From NCBI GenBank assembly GCA_053919585.1, contig CM132820.1: a DNA stretch of 64,000 bases. The stretch is one strand, 5' to 3'. Source of the stretch: Euprymna scolopes. Taxonomy: Eukaryota. Under the pieces are notes generated by a model. That model was not told the origin of the DNA and did not search any database. It was given only the letters and a program-made list of their open reading frames with translations. Position 1 is the stretch's first letter, and every line of letters starts with the position of its first letter. Made by a program: the position numbers and the translations under genes. This document shows, one piece after another, positions 62,812 through 64,000 of the stretch.

Positions 62812-64000
62812 TGAAATATTGAGAACTATGTTTTGCTTGTTATTGTTTGTTATTTCTATTCCGGAAATAAACCTCCGTTTGTGTTGCACATAAGATTTCT
62901 TATTTTCATTTTTATTATTTGTGGAGGAAGTCAGTTCCCAAAAAAAGGCCAGGCGACCCCCACAAACGTGTCTTTTGTTCTCACTTCACAACAATTTAAT
63001 GAACTAATCAAAAAAAAATATCGACAAATTTTTAATTCCTAATCGTCTGGATATCTCTCCTAGCTCGACCGGCGCAAACAAAACATTTAAACATTGGCTT
63101 TGGACTATATCGTCTCTTATACGAAGAACAACCACCACAACTGATATTGACAGGCTAGACATTTTGATAAATCATGTTTCTCCCGACGCATATGAATACA
63201 TCGCAGAACATACGACGTATGCGTCTGCTCTGAATCATCTCAGTGATTTTTATATAAAACCCACTAATGAAATTTTCGCTAGACATACGTTGTAAACTCG
63301 AAGACAAAAAGACGATGAAAACATCGATGAATACGTAGAATCGCTACTGTTGTTAGGTGTTGATTGTGACTTTCACGCAGTTACTGCTATTTAAAACAGA
63401 GACGCTTGCGTCAGAGACGCCTTCATTACTGGTTTACGTTCTAACTATCTGGCAGAGATTGCTTGAGAATAGAATACTTGATTTAAATAATGCCGTCGAC
63501 CAAGCTAGAGAAAAATTCTGAATTCTACGCTCATTCTGAATCTTACACTCGTTCTTATAACACGGTGGCTACTGTTAACAACGAACAAAACTATCATTAT
63601 AAATCTAAGGATGAATTTTGTGATACTTCTGCTTTCATAAAAACTAAATCTACTTGCTATTTTTGCGGGTATTCCAGACACGATCGGACATTTTGTCCAG
63701 CGAGGTCCGCCATTTTTAAAAAATGTCATTTCGCGAGGGCGTGTCAAAATTCTCAGAAATCTACATCTGCTTCCATTCAATTTCAAGCCACGCCAGCATC
63801 TGCACAATAACACAAGCTAATGTCCATATTGTCTGATCCTCCAACAAAGAAAAACAATTTTTTTGAAAATACATCTGCTTCTTCTTCGGGTAGTTTAGAA
63901 CCAACTTCTATATACATTCTAGATGAAAAAACTGAAGCAACAGCTATGATATACACTGGGTGCTCTGTATCCTTCATCTCGGAAGATTTTGTAAAGAAAA
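62812..64000 (+). mobile_element. Gypsy 5' LTR, decayed gag and protease start (runs off the window)
   Basis: LTR-like 62812-62993 (TG...CAACA); DKFLIPNRLDISPS..KTFKHW, VRDAFITGL, CYFCGYSRH..CPAR; protease-like AMIYTGCS. Confidence 0.8.

Overview
AT-rich invertebrate (metazoan) genomic DNA with four N-gaps. Most of the window is nested, largely decayed transposable elements. These include at least ten Ty3/Gypsy LTR retrotransposon copies or fragments: three have both LTRs and a TSD, and one has a perfect TSD but only an 18-bp 5' LTR. There is also a BEL/Pao fragment, CR1-group LINEs, an R4/Dong-type LINE, a Penelope-like element, a DD41D-like mariner, a DD34E Tc1, several MITEs and a 5S rRNA-derived SINE. 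The only intact host-like gene is a 16-finger C2H2 zinc-finger ORF (43683-45062), next to the decayed 3' end of a paralog. Most notable observations: (1) a Gypsy element lacks a canonical TGG primer-binding site and is instead complementary to a tRNA 5' end (11/12 nt to tRNA-Phe), so it may prime from a 5' tRNA fragment; (2) a tRNA-like Pol III head is fused directly to a hammerhead ribozyme, and a second hammerhead lies at the window start; (3) a chimeric LINE insertion carries an inverted copy of its own target gag inside the TSD; (4) a perfect 19-bp stem loops out a PPT/LTR junction. All calls come from manual reading; no database searches were run.
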